Positions 40,205-53,221 are shown, counted from the stretch's first letter. The stretch is 64,000 nt of DNA from Candidatus Uhrbacteria bacterium (GCA_963822405.1 CAWGHH010000001.1:87296-151295); one strand, 5' to 3'. The notes: generated from the sequence alone by a model not told the origin. Numbers and translations are program-made.

Positions 40205-42394
40205 TTAGGAGATTAAAGGTATCGTTATGCCTTTTGCTTTGGCGAACCAATAGGCTAGGGCACCAAGGCTAGTTGTCAGTAATCCTCCTCCTACCCACGG
40301 AACCGGTTTGGTCGGTGAATTAATCGAGGTTGGGGTCGACCCATGCGTCGACCCTGCTGGTGGTAGGGTGGCTCCCCCTCCTTTCGAAGGAGGGGGTAGG
40401 GGGGAGGTGATTGGTCCGCTTTCGGTTCCCATCGACCCATTCAGGATGGTCAACCCCGTCTGGTCGAGGATCGTCACCGTCCACGCTCCCTTCACTAGTC
40501 GAACAATTCCGGTTACGGCTACGCGGTCATCAAAGGCGAGGTTAGAGAAGTCTACGGCTGTTGTTTTAGACGAGTTCGCAACGATCAGTTCTCCATTGTC
40601 GAGGCCGATTGTTAGACTCTTACCGGTAAGGTCAACAACCGAACCGCTGAGGCTCATGAGAAGACCGTGCGTTGCATCGTCGAGTGTTTCAAGCGCATCT
40701 GGCGCAATAGAGTCATCGCCGACAATTTGGATGTTTGATCGCTTGGATATTTTTAGTCGAGTGTACCCATCTTTCGGATCAACCACGCCTGTTACTCGAA
40801 TGCGCGTCATGGGCGAAAGTTTCGGCCAATCAGCTTTATTGAAGTAGATTTCTAGTCCGTCTATGTACGCCAGTTGTTTTCCAAACATGCCGGGGAGTCC
40901 AACCAGGACTCCCTCCACGGTAACCGTAGTCTTTGCGGCATAGTTCGTAATCTCCGATGCATCGATAACTGGAATTGCGGGTTCTGATTGGTTCGCTCCT
41001 CCCTCTCCACGAAGTGGAGAGGGCCGGGGTGAGGTCAGGGGTGGCTCGATCTGCGTACTCGCAGCTACTACGCCCGTTGCCACTTGAGGTTCGCGCTCCA
41101 CCCGAATAGGGGATGCGGTTCCGGTAGAATTGTCAGTCCCTGTATTTGATCCCGAATTGGTTTCAGGATTGCTGATAACGGTCGTAGTGTCGTTTGCTGT
41201 CTCATATGTGATGTTGGGGTCGACCCATGCGTCGACCCTTGAATTAGTACCAAGTGGCGTTGGATTAGTTTCTGCCCATGTGTCAGTGAATCTTGAGAAC
41301 GACCTTCCTTTTTTCGGCGCACTCGTTTTGTCATACGAGATTGCGTCGATCGTCGCTCCGGTTCCATCGAACAAGAAGATGCTGTCGCCATCATTATTCA
41401 GTTTGCTTTTTGGATTTTGCAGGACAAAGAATGAATGAGCTTCGAGTGTCTGTGTCGGCAACATTGTTTTACTTGTCGTTGCATCTTTTTCCGTCCAGCC
41501 TGTGAGGTCGATCGGTCCATCTGTCGTATTAAGGATTTCGATCCACTCTGTTCCGTCGACGGGATCCGACACAAACTCGTTGATGACTACGGAGTGTGCG
41601 GGGTACGAGTGGAACATGGGTGAGTCGGTGGCCGCAGGTGCGGTCGAAGGTATCGTTAGCGACGCTTTGCATTCAGGGGCGGCCGCCTCAACCGTCACGA
41701 TCCGTACCGGACAAATCAAGCACGGATCCGCAATCGGTACAGTCTTCTCAACCAGATCCACAACTAATGGCGGTTCTGGCTCGGGCGTGATCAGGAGTGG
41801 CTCGCTTCCCCCTTCCAGGGGGACAAAGGGGGTCGTGATCGGGGTGGTCAGGAATGGTTCGCTTACTCCCCCTCCTTCCGAAGGAGGCTCGCCCGTAGGG
41901 CTGGTAGTCAGGGCTACGCCCGAGGGGGGTAGGGGGGTGGTCGAAAACGCCGCCACCGGCGCCTCAAACTCAGGGGTGGTCGGGTAATGGTCAACTTCCG
42001 TCCCATCACTCGCAATCAGTGTGAGGTCCAGGGCAGAGTTCGACAGCGACACCGCAGTCGTCACCACATCAGGTTTTATGGTCAGCGTCGTTTTCGGGTC
42101 GCCGAGGTCGTAGTTGCTGATGAGGAACGTTCCGTTCGCTGGAATAGTCGAGTTTGTCGGGAGGGGGAGTGGTTTGCCCACTCCCGCCCCGCCTAGAATC
42201 GACCAGCCCGTAAGATCAATCAATGTGTCGCTTAGGTTTTTTAGTTCTAGCCATTCGTCCGCGGTGCTCGCTTCGCTGCCTGCCCAGTTGATTTGGCCAA
42301 AGGTGGCTTTGGGTGCTGCATCCGCACGGGCGGATAAAGGAGACAGAGCGGGCATGAGGGCGATGATTCCCAAGAGTCCATATGCTAGTTTCAT
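40205..42394 (-). CDS. Large secreted protein with two lamin-tail (LTD) domains and a C-terminal TM anchor, carrying at least 7 in-frame hairpin-repeat insertions
   Basis: LTD-like segments (INWAGSEASTADEWLELKNLSDTLIDLTGWSI; VVINEFVSDPVDGTEWIEILNTTDGPIDLTGWT). The repeats encode PPPSKGGG, GSTHGSTP, SPLRGEGG, RVDAWVDP, PLEGGSEP and PPSEGGG. Confidence 0.5.
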   Translation of the reverse strand: MKLAYGLLGIIALMPALSPLSARADAAPKATFGQINWAGSEASTADEWLELKNLSDTLIDLTGWSILGGAGVGKPLPLPTNSTIPANGTFLISNYDLGDPKTTLTIKPDVVTTAVSLSNSALDLTLIASDGTEVDHYPTTPEFEAPVAAFSTTPLPPSGVALTTSPTGEPPSEGGGVSEPFLTTPITTPFVPLEGGSEPLLITPEPEPPLVVDLVEKTVPIADPCLICPVRIVTVEAAAPECKASLTIPSTAPAATDSPMFHSYPAHSVVINEFVSDPVDGTEWIEILNTTDGPIDLTGWTEKDATTSKTMLPTQTLEAHSFFVLQNPKSKLNNDGDSIFLFDGTGATIDAISYDKTSAPKKGRSFSRFTDTWAETNPTPLGTNSRVDAWVDPNITYETANDTTTVISNPETNSGSNTGTDNSTGTASPIRVEREPQVATGVVAASTQIEPPLTSPRPSPLRGEGGANQSEPAIPVIDASEITNYAAKTTVTVEGVLVGLPGMFGKQLAYIDGLEIYFNKADWPKLSPMTRIRVTGVVDPKDGYTRLKISKRSNIQIVGDDSIAPDALETLDDATHGLLMSLSGSVVDLTGKSLTIGLDNGELIVANSSKTTAVDFSNLAFDDRVAVTGIVRLVKGAWTVTILDQTGLTILNGSMGTESGPITSPLPPPSKGGGATLPPAGSTHGSTPTSINSPTKPVPWVGGGLLTTSLGALAYWFAKAKGITIPLIS
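40332..40354. repeat. Hairpin repeat, copy 4 (inside the LTD ORF; encodes GSTHGST)
   Basis: Same 23-mer preceded by GAGGTT. Confidence 0.8.
41217..41238. repeat. Hairpin repeat, copy 5 (inside the LTD ORF in another frame; encodes RVDAWVDP)
   Basis: Same motif preceded by GATGTT. Confidence 0.8.
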
Positions 42395-42605
42395 AGTTAA
42401 TTATTAAGGATCAGCGAACCGGATTCATCAAACGCGCGTGTAAACAACAAACCCCAGGGCTTGCCTCTGGGGAGAGGAAGCTCTGGGGGTTTTGTTTACC
42501 CATATATTGCACCACACTATCCGATCTCTTCTGATTTTGCGGTGGGGATAACTAAAAAAATCGGCATTATACCGATGTTTTTTACAAAGTTCTATTTAGA
42601 TTCTC

Positions 42606-42690
42606 TGGTGGGCGAGGGGGGACTCGAACCCCCACGGATTGCTCCACATGCTCCTAAGGCATGCGTGTATGCCAATTTCACCACTCGCCC
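42606..42690 (-). tRNA. tRNA-Leu (anticodon TAG), with a long variable arm and encoded CCA
   Basis: Reverse complement gives acceptor GGGCGAG/CTCGCCC, anticodon stem CATGC/GCATG, loop CTTAGGA. Confidence 0.75.
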
Positions 42691-42787
42691 GTGAAAAGGA
42701 GTGTATTTGAAAAATAGTTCTTTTGCAATGTTAGAATGTATCAATCGAATTAGGTGCGAGTATAATGGTGAAAAATCAATAATTTTT

Positions 42788-43969
42788 ATGAAAAAGGTCC
42801 ACGGTTTCGTTTTTTCGCAAACTCAAAAAGTGTTTCTCGGCATTTCGGTAGTCCTGTTGTTCATTGCTGGAGCCGGATATTTATTCACTTCACAAAATGA
42901 GGCATCACTAACCGTGATTGTTCCAGCAGTAAAGAATGAAGCTTTCATTGTCGAGCTAGATTACGGTAAAAAACAGCTAACAACCACAACTTATAGCGCT
43001 GAAGCAAAAAAAATTCTTTCAACAAAACAAATTCCATTGGATGATTATCTCGCCTCATCGAGTACGAATGTGCTCGGAGCAAACGATGCAGTGCAATACA
43101 ACCCGACAACAAAAGATATTTTCTTTTTAACAAACGGTTCCGCGGACATGGGTGGGATATGCGTGAATAAAGATGGTTCATGTGTTTCTCGTCTCTATAG
43201 AATCGGAAACGACGAGAGCTTTCCAAAAGTTATCTTCGAATCAGAAAAGATTTCCCTAAATTGGGTGGTAAATAGTTTTGATGACTCTATTCTTCTTAGT
43301 CATTCTGAAGCGAGTGGCAGTTATCTCACAAAAATCAGCGCCGAAACCGGGAAGGTTATTTTTGCTAGAAATTTAGAGGTAGGGGATCATGAAGGGCTGG
43401 GGAACTTTGTTGTTTCTGCAGATGGGAAATACACCTACCAGGCAAGTACGGACAGAGGTGATGGCGCCTCTAGCGCGCATCTTCGGCTTAGAATAATAGA
43501 TAATACAAACGGAAATCTTACGAATAAAGAGATATTTACTGGTTCGGTTCTCGCCGAAACGAACATTTCTCCAGATAACCGGTATTTCGCTTTTTATGTG
43601 GAAGGAGCTTCGATTTTTACCCCCAAGCTTAATGTCTTCGATCTTAAGAACACAAAACTTGCGGAAATCCCTTATGAAGGCGAGGTAGTCAATAGGGGTT
43701 TGCGTTGGTCGGGTGACAGCTCGAAATTAATCCAAATACTGAGACAAGGACTTGTAAGTTACGACCTCACCACGAAGACAACCGCAAAGCTCCCCGTGGA
43801 TTCGACAAAGGCACCCTATGTTTTCGCTTGGGGACCATCAAAGGATCTCATCCTTTACATGTCCACGGACAAATTAATCAAAATGTTTGACGTGAATAGC
43901 GGTTCGTCGACTATTATCCCGATTGCCACTACCGACACCTCCGGCGTAAATTCTGCCACTTGGTACTAA
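42788..43969 (+). CDS. Membrane-anchored or secreted beta-propeller-like (TolB/WD40-like) hypothetical protein
   Basis: N-terminal anchor and repeated beta-strand-rich segments; no confident family. Confidence 0.35.
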   Translation: MKKVHGFVFSQTQKVFLGISVVLLFIAGAGYLFTSQNEASLTVIVPAVKNEAFIVELDYGKKQLTTTTYSAEAKKILSTKQIPLDDYLASSSTNVLGANDAVQYNPTTKDIFFLTNGSADMGGICVNKDGSCVSRLYRIGNDESFPKVIFESEKISLNWVVNSFDDSILLSHSEASGSYLTKISAETGKVIFARNLEVGDHEGLGNFVVSADGKYTYQASTDRGDGASSAHLRLRIIDNTNGNLTNKEIFTGSVLAETNISPDNRYFAFYVEGASIFTPKLNVFDLKNTKLAEIPYEGEVVNRGLRWSGDSSKLIQILRQGLVSYDLTTKTTAKLPVDSTKAPYVFAWGPSKDLILYMSTDKLIKMFDVNSGSSTIIPIATTDTSGVNSATWY

Positions 43970-43971
43970 GT

Positions 43972-44007
43972 AAAAAAACTGACCGTAAAAAGCGGTCAGT
44001 TTTTTTG
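43972..44007 (+). terminator. Hairpin CTGACCG-TAAAAAG-CGGTCAG plus T7
   Basis: Read in sequence. Confidence 0.7.
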
Positions 44008-44050
44008 TTGCAATTTTCTGATATCAATCGCGCTAATTTTATAGTGTAGA

Positions 44051-45058
44051 ATGACTGATATGGTTTTTTCCCTCGCCGCACTTGTTCTCGCCCATCAATT
44101 GTCTGGTCGAATTCTTTTAGCGGTCGAAGACTCGGGAAAGGCTTGGTATGTGAATCCTGTGAATGAACAGCGTTATTCTCTCGGTTCGCCAGATGACGCT
44201 TGGTTTCTTATGCGTTCATTAGCGCTCGGCATCTCAAATGTCGATTTAGCTCAGCCCATTCCATCACGTCTTGCTGGTCGAATTCTGCTTGCAGTCGAGG
44301 ATCATGGCAAAGCTTATTACGTTAATTCTCTCACGTTGGAGTTGCATTATCTCGGTCGCCCCGCTGACGCTTTTAAAGTTATGTCCGAGCTAGGTCTTGG
44401 TATTACGGATGCTAACCTTGCAAAAGTGCCATTGGCGAGTGGCTCGCTTCCCCCTTCCAGGGGGACACAGGGGGTTCAGGGTGGTGCGTTGGTCCAGTTC
44501 ACCTCCCAAGCTCCCCTCGGCGAATGGTCAGACCCTCGCCAGCAAGAAGGTTGTGAGGAGGCATCCGCATTTATGGCGGTAAAGTGGGCGAAGGGTGAAT
44601 CATTCACTCCGGAGGAAGCGAAAAATGCGATCATCGGGATGAGTGATTGGGAGGATAAAACATTTTTGACTTATTTCGACACCTCGTCGGATGACACGGC
44701 GGATCGACTGGTGCGTCAATATTTGCAGTATGACAACTTCCAGGTACTAAAAAATATTACTACAAATGATATTAACGATCAGCTCGTGCGCGGGAATATT
44801 GTGATCGTGCCGGTAGACGGGCAGAAGCTTCAGAACCCAAATTATTCGAATGGCGGTCCGGTTCGTCACATGATTGTGGTGATCGGGTTTGATGCTCAGA
44901 CGAACGAGTTCATTACAAATGACCCAGGCACAAGAAACGGGGCAGGATATAGATACTCGACGTCGACCCTGGCCAACGCTCTTATGGATTATCCGTCAGG
45001 AAATCATTCAGCGCTCTCAGATTTACCCACGGCCATGATTGTGGTTTCAAAGAAATAA
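44051..45058 (+). CDS. Protein with two N-terminal ~45-aa repeats and a C-terminal C39-like (papain-fold) peptidase-like domain (tentative)
   Basis: Repeats GRILLAVED.GKA.YVN...; a Cys-containing segment EGCEEASAFMAVKW. Contains an in-frame G/C hairpin encoding GSLPPSRGTQG. Confidence 0.3.
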   Translation: MTDMVFSLAALVLAHQLSGRILLAVEDSGKAWYVNPVNEQRYSLGSPDDAWFLMRSLALGISNVDLAQPIPSRLAGRILLAVEDHGKAYYVNSLTLELHYLGRPADAFKVMSELGLGITDANLAKVPLASGSLPPSRGTQGVQGGALVQFTSQAPLGEWSDPRQQEGCEEASAFMAVKWAKGESFTPEEAKNAIIGMSDWEDKTFLTYFDTSSDDTADRLVRQYLQYDNFQVLKNITTNDINDQLVRGNIVIVPVDGQKLQNPNYSNGGPVRHMIVVIGFDAQTNEFITNDPGTRNGAGYRYSTSTLANALMDYPSGNHSALSDLPTAMIVVSKK

Positions 45059-45093
45059 TGTAAAATAGTTTAGAAAATAAGTAATATTCTCCT

Positions 45094-46260
45094 ATGTCTG
45101 ACCAGTTCACAACAGTGACCACAAAAGGTTACGGCTCGCGCATAATGTCATCCATTCAGGGGGTATTGATTGGTTTTGTGCTATTTATTGTCTCTTTTGG
45201 TGTTTTATACTGGAATGAAGGTCGAGTTGATCTGTCGACAATTGCAAAAAAGTCCGTTGAAATTAGCGGAACAGAATTAGCCAAAGACCAGGATGGTACA
45301 TTTGTGTCAGCGAGCGGCACAGTAACGAGCGAAGAATCACTTGGTGACGGCACAATGCTTGTTCCTGGTAAGTATCTCTCTGTAACTCGAAAAGCTGAGA
45401 TGTACGCTTGGGTAGAAGACAAGAAAGAAGAAACAAAGAGCAATACTGGCGGATCGGAAACTACCACGACCACCTACACTTACAAAAAAGAGTGGACTTC
45501 TAACCCGGCAGATTCCAGTTCATTCAAGGAACAGACTGGTCACCAGAACCCAGCTTTGACCGCTCAGGCTGGAGACTATCAAGTAGGCACATTGAAGGTT
45601 GGCGTATATGCCGTTGACGGAAAGACCGTTTCTCTTCCAGGTGAATCCGATGTGTCATTGACGACTACGAACATTGTTGCCCCAGCTGGCGCAACAGTTT
45701 CTGGCAACGCCGTTTACTTGAATAACGCTAATGCATCCTCACCTATAGTAGGCGATCAGCGCATTTCTTACACCGCGCTTGATTCGGGATTTGACGGAAC
45801 AGTGTTTGGTGAGCTTCATGGCGCTAAGATTACCAAGTACTCGGACGCTAAGGGCAACGAGATCTACCGTATCTTCACCGGTAACCGCGCCGCCGCTCTC
45901 GCTACCATGCACGGCGAATTTGTGATGATGCTTTGGATCTTCCGTTTGGTTGGTTTCTTCATGATGTGGTCAGGTCTCTCGATGATTCTTGCGCCAATCG
46001 CAATTATCTTGGACTTCTTCCCAATCTTGGGCAGCCTTGGCAAGATGGCGATTAACCTTGTGACTTTGGTTGTCGCCTTGCCACTTGCAATCATCACGAT
46101 CATCGTTTCGGCGGTCTTGCACTCCATTGTTGCTCTTTTGATCGTTCTCGCTCTCGCGCTTGGTGGCATCGGTTACTTGATCTACAAAAATAAGGACAAA
46201 GTAAAAATGCCAGCTATGCCTTCCATGTCAGACGTGGCCGGTAAGATGATGGGTAAATAA
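45094..46260 (+). CDS. Membrane protein (N-terminal TM, large extracytoplasmic domain, C-terminal TM bundle; TMEM43/DUF1625-like topology)
   Basis: Hydrophobicity pattern only. Confidence 0.35.
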   Translation: MSDQFTTVTTKGYGSRIMSSIQGVLIGFVLFIVSFGVLYWNEGRVDLSTIAKKSVEISGTELAKDQDGTFVSASGTVTSEESLGDGTMLVPGKYLSVTRKAEMYAWVEDKKEETKSNTGGSETTTTTYTYKKEWTSNPADSSSFKEQTGHQNPALTAQAGDYQVGTLKVGVYAVDGKTVSLPGESDVSLTTTNIVAPAGATVSGNAVYLNNANASSPIVGDQRISYTALDSGFDGTVFGELHGAKITKYSDAKGNEIYRIFTGNRAAALATMHGEFVMMLWIFRLVGFFMMWSGLSMILAPIAIILDFFPILGSLGKMAINLVTLVVALPLAIITIIVSAVLHSIVALLIVLALALGGIGYLIYKNKDKVKMPAMPSMSDVAGKMMGK

Positions 46261-46269
46261 TTTGTCGTA

Positions 46270-46292
46270 GGGGTCGACTTCTATGTCGACCC
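46270..46292. repeat. Hairpin repeat, copy 6 (degenerate: GGGGTCGACTTCTATGTCGACCC)
   Basis: Same stems with a diverged loop. Confidence 0.6.
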
Positions 46293-46322
46293 TCTCAATT
46301 CATCCGGTTAAATCCGGATGTT

Positions 46323-46959
46323 TTGTTTTATTTACAAATTCCCTATACCCTATGGGTACGTATGCGCGCAATCTTGATCCACGGTTACAAATCTTCCCCC
46401 GATTCCAATTTTTGGCCTTGGTTAAGGGACGAGTTGGTCGATAGACGGTTTGACGTTGTCATGCCCGAGCTCCCTAATCCCGCCGAGCCGGATCGCGATG
46501 CCTGGATTAAGGCTGTTCTCGACTCCGTTCTGCCCTTTGACGCACGAGGACATAATTGTCGGTCACTCCCTTGGTGGCGCGACAGCTTTGCAGTTTCTCG
46601 AAGCGGCTGAAGCGAGAACAACACCTCATGCTTGTGTGTTGATCTCGACTCCTTGGATGATCAAGGAAGAGCGTTTTCGCGGTTTCTTTTTGACCGAGCT
46701 CGACCATGACGTCCTTATGTGGCGCGCTAGTAAGTTCGTTATTATTCACGCCAAGGACGATCCAGTCATTCCTTTCGAGCATGCCAAACGCTATGCCGAA
46801 GTTTTTCACGCAAAGTTGGTAGATCCCGACACAGGTGGCCACTTCGACGGTCCACAGTATCCGGTAATTCTCGACGCTATTCTCGAAGTTTCCCGTGAGC
46901 CTATTGAATTCGCCCCTGGGGCATCTCTCCCAGACCAGTTCGCCGATATGATAAAGTAG
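46323..46959 (+). pseudogene. YdeN/RBBP9-family serine hydrolase (alpha/beta fold) split by a frameshift near 46535-46545
   Basis: ILIHGYKSSPDSNFWPWL ... IVGHSLGG ... spread over two frames; joined as ...AVLDSVLPF|THEDIIVGHSLGG. Confidence 0.5.
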
Positions 46960-46960
46960 T

Positions 46961-46980
46961 GCTCGACCCATGCGTCGACC
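46961..46980. repeat. Hairpin repeat, copy 7 (partial: GCTCGACCCATGCGTCGACC)
   Basis: Read in sequence. Confidence 0.6.
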
Positions 46981-47006
46981 TTACGACGCCTACATGATTT
47001 TCTTTT

Positions 47007-47519
47007 ATGCGCGCACGATACATCGCCTTGGCCTCAGCTTCACTTCTTTTCCTTGGTGCCGGATGCTTGCCTTCACCACAAAATTTAATTCAGGGCGCTA
47101 TTGAGAATAAAATCAATAACGAACTCGGCACGGACGGCTCAGTAAAGATCAATGACGATGGCGTTTCGGTTACTGACAAGAAGGACGGCTCGACAACTAG
47201 TTTCGGCGAGAACGTTGCCCTTCCAGAGAACTTTCCAAAGGACGTCCCAATCATGGATGGCGCAAAAGTTGCCGGTGTAGCTGTCACAAAAGACCAGGGA
47301 TCTTGGATCACAATGACAACTGGCAAGTCTGTTGATGAGGTAGTGGCCTGGTATCAGGACAAGCTGACGGCCGGTGGATTCGAAATGATCTCAACATATT
47401 CCGGTGACGGCATGACCACAAAATCCTACACGAAGGGCACAATTGCTATCGACTTCGTTGTCAGCGCCGGTTCCGAAGGAGATCCAACTAGCATCATGCT
47501 GACGGAGACGACAGAGTAA
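47007..47519 (+). CDS. Lipoprotein, function unknown
   Basis: Signal peptide with lipobox LGAGC. Confidence 0.5.
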   Translation: MRARYIALASASLLFLGAGCLPSPQNLIQGAIENKINNELGTDGSVKINDDGVSVTDKKDGSTTSFGENVALPENFPKDVPIMDGAKVAGVAVTKDQGSWITMTTGKSVDEVVAWYQDKLTAGGFEMISTYSGDGMTTKSYTKGTIAIDFVVSAGSEGDPTSIMLTETTE

Positions 47520-47626
47520 TGATTCCAACCAATAACCCGGCCAGCAATGGTCGGGTTTTTGGTTGACGAGAGTTCATTTTATTGCTAGCTTACCTGGCTC
47601 GAGCATCACAATAGTGTGGAGGTCTT

Positions 47627-48112
47627 ATGACTTGGCTCCGAAAGGGAAAGATCCCGCTCAACGTACTCCGCACTCTGGAGGAGCTTCATTTCCAGAACTA
47701 TCGGACCGAGAACAACGCGTGTAAGAGCGACGAGCCCGAGGAATATCGGGAAAAAGCAGAGTTTCTGGGACGCGTGGTGCTTTTCGACCGTGAAGAAGCC
47801 TACGATCAGCAGTTGGGCTTGCACGTTGTCTGGCACAAGCTCGGGCTGCCATTCGCCTTTGACTTCGGTGATTCGAATTTCACCTGTGGTCGTACGGTTA
47901 TTCCCGCCGATCTGCTCAGTCAGCTCGTCGGGCAGAAGATCGAATTCGGCATGAAAGTCGTCGACAGCGGCGTCGAGTGCTACGTGGTGGGTCTCGAATC
48001 CAAGGACCACGCGTTCCATCGGCTCATCGGAAAGTGCATCTCTCACGAGCATCTTTCGCTCGTGGACACCGTCTACGGCGTAGATGCTCGACTGATTGAC
48101 ATCAACGCCTGA
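47627..48112 (+). CDS. Hypothetical protein
   Basis: GGAGG RBS 8 nt upstream. The opposite-strand ORF was judged antisense. Confidence 0.4.
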   Translation: MTWLRKGKIPLNVLRTLEELHFQNYRTENNACKSDEPEEYREKAEFLGRVVLFDREEAYDQQLGLHVVWHKLGLPFAFDFGDSNFTCGRTVIPADLLSQLVGQKIEFGMKVVDSGVECYVVGLESKDHAFHRLIGKCISHEHLSLVDTVYGVDARLIDINA

Positions 48113-48167
48113 AGCACGTGCGGAACATATCTGGGTCGGCAGCCATCTGGCAGCCGACCCATCATTT

Positions 48168-48590
48168 TTAATAATGGTATGTCACGCCCTTCACAATCGT
48201 AAACGCCCGGTATAACTGCTCAAGGAAGAATACATGGGCCAAATCATGCGTCGTTGTCATCTGAGAAAGCGAAAGGCAGAGATGTGCTCGCTTTTTCAAT
48301 TCGTCGGATAGGCCGTGGGGGCCTCCAAGGATGAATACCAGCTTGTCGCCGGCGTCTATATATGAGGAGAGCTTGCTCGCAAGGGTCTCGCTGCTCATTT
48401 CCTTGCCAAGAGCTTCAAGAACAATGATCACTGAGTCGGACGGAATGGCCTCGACCAGCTTCTCTTCGTCTTTGAAGGGACGCTCGACAAAATCACAGAA
48501 CTTTCCGAGGCGTTTTTGATACTCTGAGGCGATTTCTAAAAATGGTCCCTTGGGGATAGAACCGACCGTGAATAAAGAGACTTTGAACAT
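48168..48590 (-). CDS. rlmH: 23S rRNA (pseudouridine1915-N3)-methyltransferase RlmH (SPOUT)
   Basis: ...ILGGPHGLSDELKKRA...LSLSQMTTTHDLAHVFFLEQLYRAFTI matches the RlmH C-terminus. Confidence 0.75.
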   Translation of the reverse strand: MFKVSLFTVGSIPKGPFLEIASEYQKRLGKFCDFVERPFKDEEKLVEAIPSDSVIIVLEALGKEMSSETLASKLSSYIDAGDKLVFILGGPHGLSDELKKRAHLCLSLSQMTTTHDLAHVFFLEQLYRAFTIVKGVTYHY

Positions 48591-48779
48591 ATGTCCTTGA
48601 TCTTAGCCAAAAATTCGTTGTGTAACAAGTGTTGAAAAGTAGGGGAAGTCCAATCTTGACAGTACTTTCAGTGTTCTGTACTATTCCGCCGTTGATCGTT
48701 CACAATTTCATACGTCACGAAACGTATTACATAGAGAAATGTACTCACTGTACAAATACCCACAACTGTTGAAGTTGTG

Positions 48780-51845
<3,066 letters not shown>

Positions 51846-51907
51846 CTAAGCATCAGTAAGTGCAGATCTCTATACAAAATAATACGAAGTTAAACAATGA
51901 AAGATCG

Positions 51908-52027
51908 CAGTGTCTTGGTGGCACTTTCTGCAGGGTCACACCCGTTCCCATCCCGAACACGGCCGTTAAGCCTGCATGAGCCGATGGTAGTTAAGTGTAG
52001 CGAGAGTAGGTGGCCGCCAGGACACTG
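51908..52027 (+). rRNA. rrf: 5S ribosomal RNA
   Basis: Helix I CAGTGTCTTGGTGGC/GCCGCCAGGACACTG; internal CCGAACACGGCCGTTAAG and CGAGAGTAGG. Confidence 0.8.
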
Positions 52028-52046
52028 CGATTTTTCAAACAAAGAA

Positions 52047-52072
52047 CCCGATTCGAAAGAGTCGGTTTTTTT
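52047..52072 (+). terminator. Hairpin CCGATTC-GAAA-GAGTCGG plus T7 (module copy 1), followed by a TATACT -10-like element
   Basis: Read in sequence; repeated at 53222, 54679 and 55435 with T5, G11 and G8 runs. Confidence 0.6.
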
Positions 52073-52089
52073 GTTATACTGCGTACACT

Positions 52090-52608
52090 ATGTATTCACG
52101 AGCACAGGTGGCGACTCGATTGTTTGGGATGATGGGAACATTTATTGCGCTCGGCGTAGCATTGTCGTTTGGCGTCCCGTATGTTCCTGCGGGTACTTTG
52201 GCGATACTCGGCGAATCGGCGTTTGGGTTGTTGATTGTTTTATTGATTCTAGGGGAACTCCATAATCCACCAAAGCCTTACCAAGACGAGCTTCTGACGA
52301 GGCGTGATGAGGTATGGATTAATAAATGTGAAGCTGTCTCCTTGTTGTTGCTCATTGTGTCCGTTCTTTTGTTCCCCGTAATGACACAGTTTGCGATTCC
52401 CTATGCGGTTAGCGTTGGGGTGTATGGGGGATGTGTACTAGTACTTTTAGGGTCGTCGAGCTTCATTATTGGTCGAATAACTCTAGGGAAACACGGATTA
52501 CGACGCCCATCATTTACCGGAAATTCCGCAAAAGTGGTTTCGATTTTTTTGTGCGTATGCGGTTCTGGCTGCATCTCATTCTTTTTGCATTTGTTGATCG
52601 GAGCATAG
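52090..52608 (+). CDS. Integral membrane protein, function unknown
   Basis: About 5 TM helices; follows the module promoter. Confidence 0.4.
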   Translation: MYSRAQVATRLFGMMGTFIALGVALSFGVPYVPAGTLAILGESAFGLLIVLLILGELHNPPKPYQDELLTRRDEVWINKCEAVSLLLLIVSVLLFPVMTQFAIPYAVSVGVYGGCVLVLLGSSSFIIGRITLGKHGLRRPSFTGNSAKVVSIFLCVCGSGCISFFLHLLIGA

Positions 52609-52686
52609 ATAGATATTCCGAGTCGAAAGGCTCGGCTTTTTTGTTGGTTGACTTCTGGGATGCGAGTCGATATTATCTTGATAAGT

Positions 52687-52839
52687 ATGGCTACGAAGAA
52701 TAAGCAATACAGTTCGGTTGAAGCAAAGAAGATTGTCGATGAGTATATCGATCAATCGGCTGTTCGATTGGCTCAAAGATTGAAGAAGGGATATGCCGTG
52801 CAGAAGAAGCAAGTGGCCAAGGCGCATGCCTATGCCTAG
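52687..52839 (+). CDS. Putative antitoxin
   Basis: Small basic ORF overlapping the toxin-like ORF. Confidence 0.3.
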   Translation: MATKNKQYSSVEAKKIVDEYIDQSAVRLAQRLKKGYAVQKKQVAKAHAYA

Positions 52840-53179
52840 GGTGTACTTCAGTGAATCGGCTATTTCATCCATTAAGGGCTTCATCCGTGCGTACGAGGAG
52901 GCCTTTTTTGAATTGTATCGAGATGGCGGTTTGGCGGATGAGCGGTTGATTGTCGAAAACTACCGATTGTCTGCAAAACAGATAAGCACCCAGATATTTA
53001 TTGAGATCGAAATGCATCTGGGTAGTAAAAAGGTATTTGGGCGAAAAGAGCATACGCAGTGGCAGGAACTTACGTTTTACGTCGGGAGTCGCTTGATAAC
53101 TGTGTATTACACTGACAACGAAGATAATTCGAGACTAGTCGAGGTTATCGGCATTGAGAGAAAACCGATTATATTTTAG
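52832..53179 (+). CDS. ParE/RelE-fold toxin-like protein
   Basis: ...SRLITVYYTDNEDNSRLVEVIGIERKP C-terminal pattern. Confidence 0.35.
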   Translation: MPRVYFSESAISSIKGFIRAYEEAFFELYRDGGLADERLIVENYRLSAKQISTQIFIEIEMHLGSKKVFGRKEHTQWQELTFYVGSRLITVYYTDNEDNSRLVEVIGIERKPIIF

Positions 53180-53221
53180 CGACCGTTGGTATTAGGACAC
53201 GGTGATTTTTCAAACAAAGAA

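Noticed and set aside
42461-42694. ORF 42461-42694 (+)
   Set aside because: It overlaps tRNA-Leu(TAG) on the opposite strand and lies in an intergenic leader.
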